From Deltaproteobacteria bacterium (GTDB lineage: Bacteria; Desulfobacterota; Desulfovibrionia; Desulfovibrionales; Desulfovibrionaceae), in assembly GCA_031275645.1 (NCBI GenBank), contig JAISOL010000070.1:33165-97164 (forward strand): a DNA stretch of 64,000 nucleotides. Reading direction: 5' to 3'. Below are positions 60,771-64,000 of this stretch, in pieces. A program made the position numbers and the translations under genes. Position 1 is the stretch's first letter. Each line of letters begins with the position of its first letter. The notes under the pieces were generated by a model, which worked only from the letters and a program-made list of their open reading frames with translations, did not search any database and was not told the DNA's origin.

Positions 60771-61022
60771 CAAAACCTCCTTTTTCGGCTCGCTCCGCCG
60801 CCGGGCGGAGCGCCGGACCCGCGTCCGGCTTATTGGCCGGAGCACAAAAAGAGTGTGCTCCCCAAGGATAATACAAAGGCGGCATTTTATCAAAACTTCC
60901 TTTATGCTTTGAAATCTCTCCCTTCAGGGAGATTGGCGCTTGACGCCAGGCTTTAGTCGGGCCTACCATCCCGGTAACCCCAAAAACGACGGCAAACTGT
61001 TTTTTCGCGCGGAGGGAAGCGC

Positions 61023-62348
61023 ATGTCGAACTTGGCGCGCATTCAGGCGCTTATTCCGGCGGCCGGGCTTTCGTCCCGTTTCTGGCCGCGGCACAAGGCT
61101 CTGCCCGAGCCGGCCGGGCCGGGCCTGTTGCGCCTGGCGGCGCGGAACCTGCGTCTGGCCGGACTTGAGCGTCTGCTGGTGGTCACCGGATACCGGGGGG
61201 AGGAGGTAAAGGCCGAGGCGCTGGCTCTGGGAGCCGTAGCCGTCCACAATCCCGATTACAGTCTGGGCATGTTCAGTTCGGTCAAGGCCGGGCTTTCGGC
61301 CCTGACAGACCCGCCGGCTTTTCTGATCCTGCCGGTGGACGCGGCCTTGGTGCATCCGCGGAGCATCCTGGCTCTTCTTTGTTCCTGGGCGGCCCTGCCC
61401 CCGGAAGAGGCCGGGAAAAGGATTTTTATTCCTGCCTGGCAGGGGCGGGCCGGGCATCCTCCCCTGATCGGAGGGGGACGCCTGGAGGAAATTCTGCGTT
61501 GGGAGGGGGAGGACGGCCTGCGCGGCGTTCTGGCCTCTTTCATGGGGAAGGAAGCGGGCCGTTTTTTCAGAAGAGGGGAAAGGCCTCCGGAGTATTTGGA
61601 CAGCGGCGCGGCGAGTTTTCTGGATCTGCCGGATCCCGGCCTGCTTTGCGACATGGATTCCCCTGAGGATCTGGCGGCGGCGGCGCCCTCCGCCTGGGCC
61701 GCCGACTCCAGGCCGAGCCTGGAGGAAGCCTGGGTCATGCTGAATCTGGCCGGCCTCAGCCCGGAGAAAAAAAGACATTGTCTGGCGGTGTCCGCCGGGG
61801 CCCTGCGCCTGATTCTGGCCAGGGCCGCTTCCGGCTGCCCGGCCGACCCCGAACTGGCCCTTCTGGGCGGGCTTCTGCACGATTTGGCCCGCCGGGAAAA
61901 GAACCACGCCCTGGCGGGCCGTTCCGGAGCGGAAGCCATGGGTTTCAGGCTTCCGGCCCTGGTCATAGGCGCCCACACGGAACTCCCCCCCTCCCTTTTG
62001 CCGGAGACAGGGGATATGGCGGCAAAGGCGGCTTCCGGGCATCCCGCCGGCCGGGAGTACGCCGCTCTGGAGCCTGAAACGCGCGAGGCCATACTGGCCG
62101 TTTATCTGGCCGATAAATATTACCGCCAGGATCGCCGGGTAAGCCTGGAAGAGCGCTTTGCGGCGGCCCGCGCTTTTCTGGAGGGCGACCCCGTGGCTTT
62201 GGCCGGGATGGAGCGCCGGAAAAGAGACGCCCTGGCCGTGGAGAGCTGGTTCAGAGACAAGCTGGGGGCCGAACCGGCGGAACTGCTCGCCCGGCCTTCG
62301 GGCCATGCCTGGGAGGACGTTCTGCGTGGCCTGGCCGCGGGGATATAG
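61023..62348 (+). CDS. MobA/MocA-like nucleotidyltransferase fused to an HD phosphohydrolase domain
   Basis: 441 aa. The N-terminal region ALIPAAGLSSRF...LILPVDAAL is MobA-like NTP transferase. The C-terminal region KKRHCLAVS...LLHDLAR...GAHTE...YLADKY carries an HD-domain His/Asp pattern. Confidence 0.75.
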   Translation: MSNLARIQALIPAAGLSSRFWPRHKALPEPAGPGLLRLAARNLRLAGLERLLVVTGYRGEEVKAEALALGAVAVHNPDYSLGMFSSVKAGLSALTDPPAFLILPVDAALVHPRSILALLCSWAALPPEEAGKRIFIPAWQGRAGHPPLIGGGRLEEILRWEGEDGLRGVLASFMGKEAGRFFRRGERPPEYLDSGAASFLDLPDPGLLCDMDSPEDLAAAAPSAWAADSRPSLEEAWVMLNLAGLSPEKKRHCLAVSAGALRLILARAASGCPADPELALLGGLLHDLARREKNHALAGRSGAEAMGFRLPALVIGAHTELPPSLLPETGDMAAKAASGHPAGREYAALEPETREAILAVYLADKYYRQDRRVSLEERFAAARAFLEGDPVALAGMERRKRDALAVESWFRDKLGAEPAELLARPSGHAWEDVLRGLAAGI

Positions 62349-62910
62349 CGCCGGGAAGCGCATTTATCTCGTGCGCCACGCCTCGGCCGCCCCGCCGGGC
62401 GTGCTGGCCGGGCGCGCCGATTACGCCCTGAGCGCCGAAGGGCGCGGGGAGGCGGAGGAATTGCGCCTGCGTCTGGCCGGGGTTTCCTTTGGCCTGGCCT
62501 TTTCCAGTCCCCTGAAACGGGCTCTGCAGACAGCCGCCGTTTTGCTGGGCGGCCCTCCCGCCGGTTTTGTCCTGACTCTTCCGGAACTGGCCGAAATATC
62601 CCTGGGGCGGTGGGAAGGCAGGAGCAAGGCCTGGATTCGGGAGCATTACCCCGTTCAATGGGCGGCCCGGGGGCGGGATTTGCTGAATTATCCCCCTCCG
62701 GGTGGTGAAAGCCTGGCCGAACTGGCGGCCAGGGTGCTGCCGGTTTTCGACCGGATACGTCTGGCCGCGGCGGCCGCGCCCGGCCAGACCCTGGTGGTGG
62801 CCCATCAGGCCGTCAACCGGGTCATTCTGGCCCGGCTCGGGGGAACGGCCCTGGAGAAGTCTCCGGATATTCCTCAGCCTCCCTGCGCCCTGACCGTCAT
62901 TGAGACGTAA
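62305..62910 (+). CDS. Histidine phosphatase family protein (CobC/GpmB-like)
   Basis: RIYLVRHASA (RHG-type motif), SSPLKRALQTA, GRWEG, GGES, VVAHQAVNR. The start is uncertain: ATG 62305 or GTG 62326, both overlapping the upstream gene. Confidence 0.72.
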   Translation: MPGRTFCVAWPRGYSAGKRIYLVRHASAAPPGVLAGRADYALSAEGRGEAEELRLRLAGVSFGLAFSSPLKRALQTAAVLLGGPPAGFVLTLPELAEISLGRWEGRSKAWIREHYPVQWAARGRDLLNYPPPGGESLAELAARVLPVFDRIRLAAAAAPGQTLVVAHQAVNRVILARLGGTALEKSPDIPQPPCALTVIET

Positions 62911-62964
62911 CGCGCTGCAGCGCACCAGCCGCCCGACAAGGCGGGGCTCGCCGCCGAAATTGCT

Positions 62965-63669
62965 CTACAGCTGGAAATGCCGCAGTACCGAAGCCGCCGC
63001 CCCAGGGTCGCCCGTATTTCCCCGGTCGATTAATTCTCCTTGTTTCATGATGAGATATCTGTCGGCGACTTTCAGCGCAAAAGGGATATTCTGTTCTATA
63101 ATGAGCATGGAAGTCCCGCTTCTCTTACGCTCGTAAACAAGAGCCGCGGCGAGACGTTCAATGACCGAGGGCTGCAACCCTTCAGTAATCTCGTCCAGTA
63201 TGATGACTTTGGGGTGCAGGATCAGAGTGCGGGCCACAAGCAGCATTTTTTGCTCTCCTCCGGAGAGAGTCCCCGCCTGCTGGGCAAGTCTGTCTTCAAA
63301 GACGGGAAACAGGCGCAGAATCTCGTCGAAGCGGCCTTTAAAATAGAGCAGGTTTTTCAATCCGAGCGACAAATTGTCATACACGCTTAAATCGGCGAAG
63401 ATGGAATGTTCCTGGGCGGCGTAGCCGACGCCGAGCCGCGCTATGCGGTATGGCTTCCATGAGCTTATGTTTTCACCCAGGAGGAAAACCGAGCCGGACT
63501 TCTTCGGAAGATAGCCCATGATGGTTTTGAGCAGGGTGCTTTTGCCCATGCCGTTTTTGCCCATAATGGCTATGGATTCGTCCATTCCGACTTCAAGGGA
63601 AATGTCGCGCAGCACTATGGCCGCGCCGTAGCCGCTTGAAACCTGATCCAGGCGCAGGGCCGTATTCAT
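62965..63669 (-). CDS. LivF-type ABC transporter ATPase (second Liv-like system)
   Basis: Walker A motif GKNGMGKST, signature LSGGEQKMLLVARTL and Walker B IILDEITEGL. Confidence 0.85.
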   Translation of the reverse strand: MNTALRLDQVSSGYGAAIVLRDISLEVGMDESIAIMGKNGMGKSTLLKTIMGYLPKKSGSVFLLGENISSWKPYRIARLGVGYAAQEHSIFADLSVYDNLSLGLKNLLYFKGRFDEILRLFPVFEDRLAQQAGTLSGGEQKMLLVARTLILHPKVIILDEITEGLQPSVIERLAAALVYERKRSGTSMLIIEQNIPFALKVADRYLIMKQGELIDRGNTGDPGAAASVLRHFQL

Positions 63670-64000
63670 GCCGCGCCTTCCCGCAGGCCTTTCCGCCCGG
63701 GACCGGCATAAAAATCCGTCCCCGCGTAAATGGAACGCACAAGCTCCGAATCAACCACCCTGTCCACCGTATCCTGCATGATTATGCAACCCTGGTGCAG
63801 CACTATGACGCGCGTGGCAATCTCCTTCACGAAGTCCAAATCATGCTCGACCAGCAGGCAGCACAGGCCGTGGTCGCGGGCAAGGGAGACGAGAACCTTT
63901 CCGATCCTGGTTCTTTCAGCCTTGGTCAGCCCGGCCGTGGGTTCATCCAGCAATATGACCAGCGGTTCCAGGGCCAGGACCATAGCCAGCTCAAGAGCCT
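63666..64000 (-). CDS. LivG-type ABC transporter ATPase, C-terminal part; the 5' end lies beyond the right edge
   Basis: The reading frame stays open to the window end (..LELAMVLALEPLVILLDEPTAGL..., Walker B plus H-loop LLVEHD). It has an ATGA-type overlap with the downstream ATPase. Confidence 0.8.
   Translation of the reverse strand, partial: ALELAMVLALEPLVILLDEPTAGLTKAERTRIGKVLVSLARDHGLCCLLVEHDLDFVKEIATRVIVLHQGCIIMQDTVDRVVDSELVRSIYAGTDFYAGPGRKGLREGAA

Noticed and set aside
60771-61022. Asserting a bona fide Moco riboswitch
   Set aside because: The GAGCC-like and AAAGGAG-like elements are adjacent instead of bracketing the multi-helix core, as I recall for the Moco motif. It is reported only as a structured-leader candidate that needs cmsearch.

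Overview
The window reads as an origin-proximal chromosomal segment of a Desulfovibrio-like, moderately GC-rich anaerobe. That assignment is an inference from gene content only. About 60 genes are packed tightly. I recognised no rRNA, tRNA, CRISPR array, transposase or integrase.

Gene order, left to right:
- gyrA (partial), gyrB and dnaN on the minus strand, followed by an AT-rich gap with no dnaA.
- A MerR-like regulator, a Spy/CpxP-like periplasmic protein and the class II ribonucleotide reductase nrdJ.
- parA-parB-rfaE, with two near-consensus parS sites upstream.
- An epimerase, coaBC, a lipoprotein, pgpA and an RluA-family pseudouridine synthase.
- livKHMGF, a methyltransferase and three small genes.
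- Two tandem hybrid histidine kinases, a J-domain protein and recJ.
- Periplasmic [NiFe] hydrogenase small and large subunits.
- A compact nif operon behind a sigma-54 promoter: nifH-nifI1-nifI2-nifD-nifK-nifE-nifN::nifB-nifV(omega)-nifV(alpha)-ORF.
- fmt, def, aspS and hisS.
- A sigma-28-driven flgM pair.
- A trimeric HydABC-type [FeFe] hydrogenase.
- An XdhC-like / MoeA-like / MocA-HD / histidine-phosphatase module of unknown target, abutting a second Liv-type ABC ATPase pair.

Most worth following up:
1. The uncharacterised molybdenum-cofactor-like maturation module at 58.6-64 kb, which has unusual domain architectures and a long structured leader.
2. The clostridial-architecture nif cluster, with a NifN-NifB-NifX fusion, a split and half-degenerate homocitrate synthase, and a terminal unknown ORF.
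3. The kinase-kinase-J-protein operon with an atypical H-box.

Many long ORFs in the supplied track are antisense shadows of real genes and were rejected.
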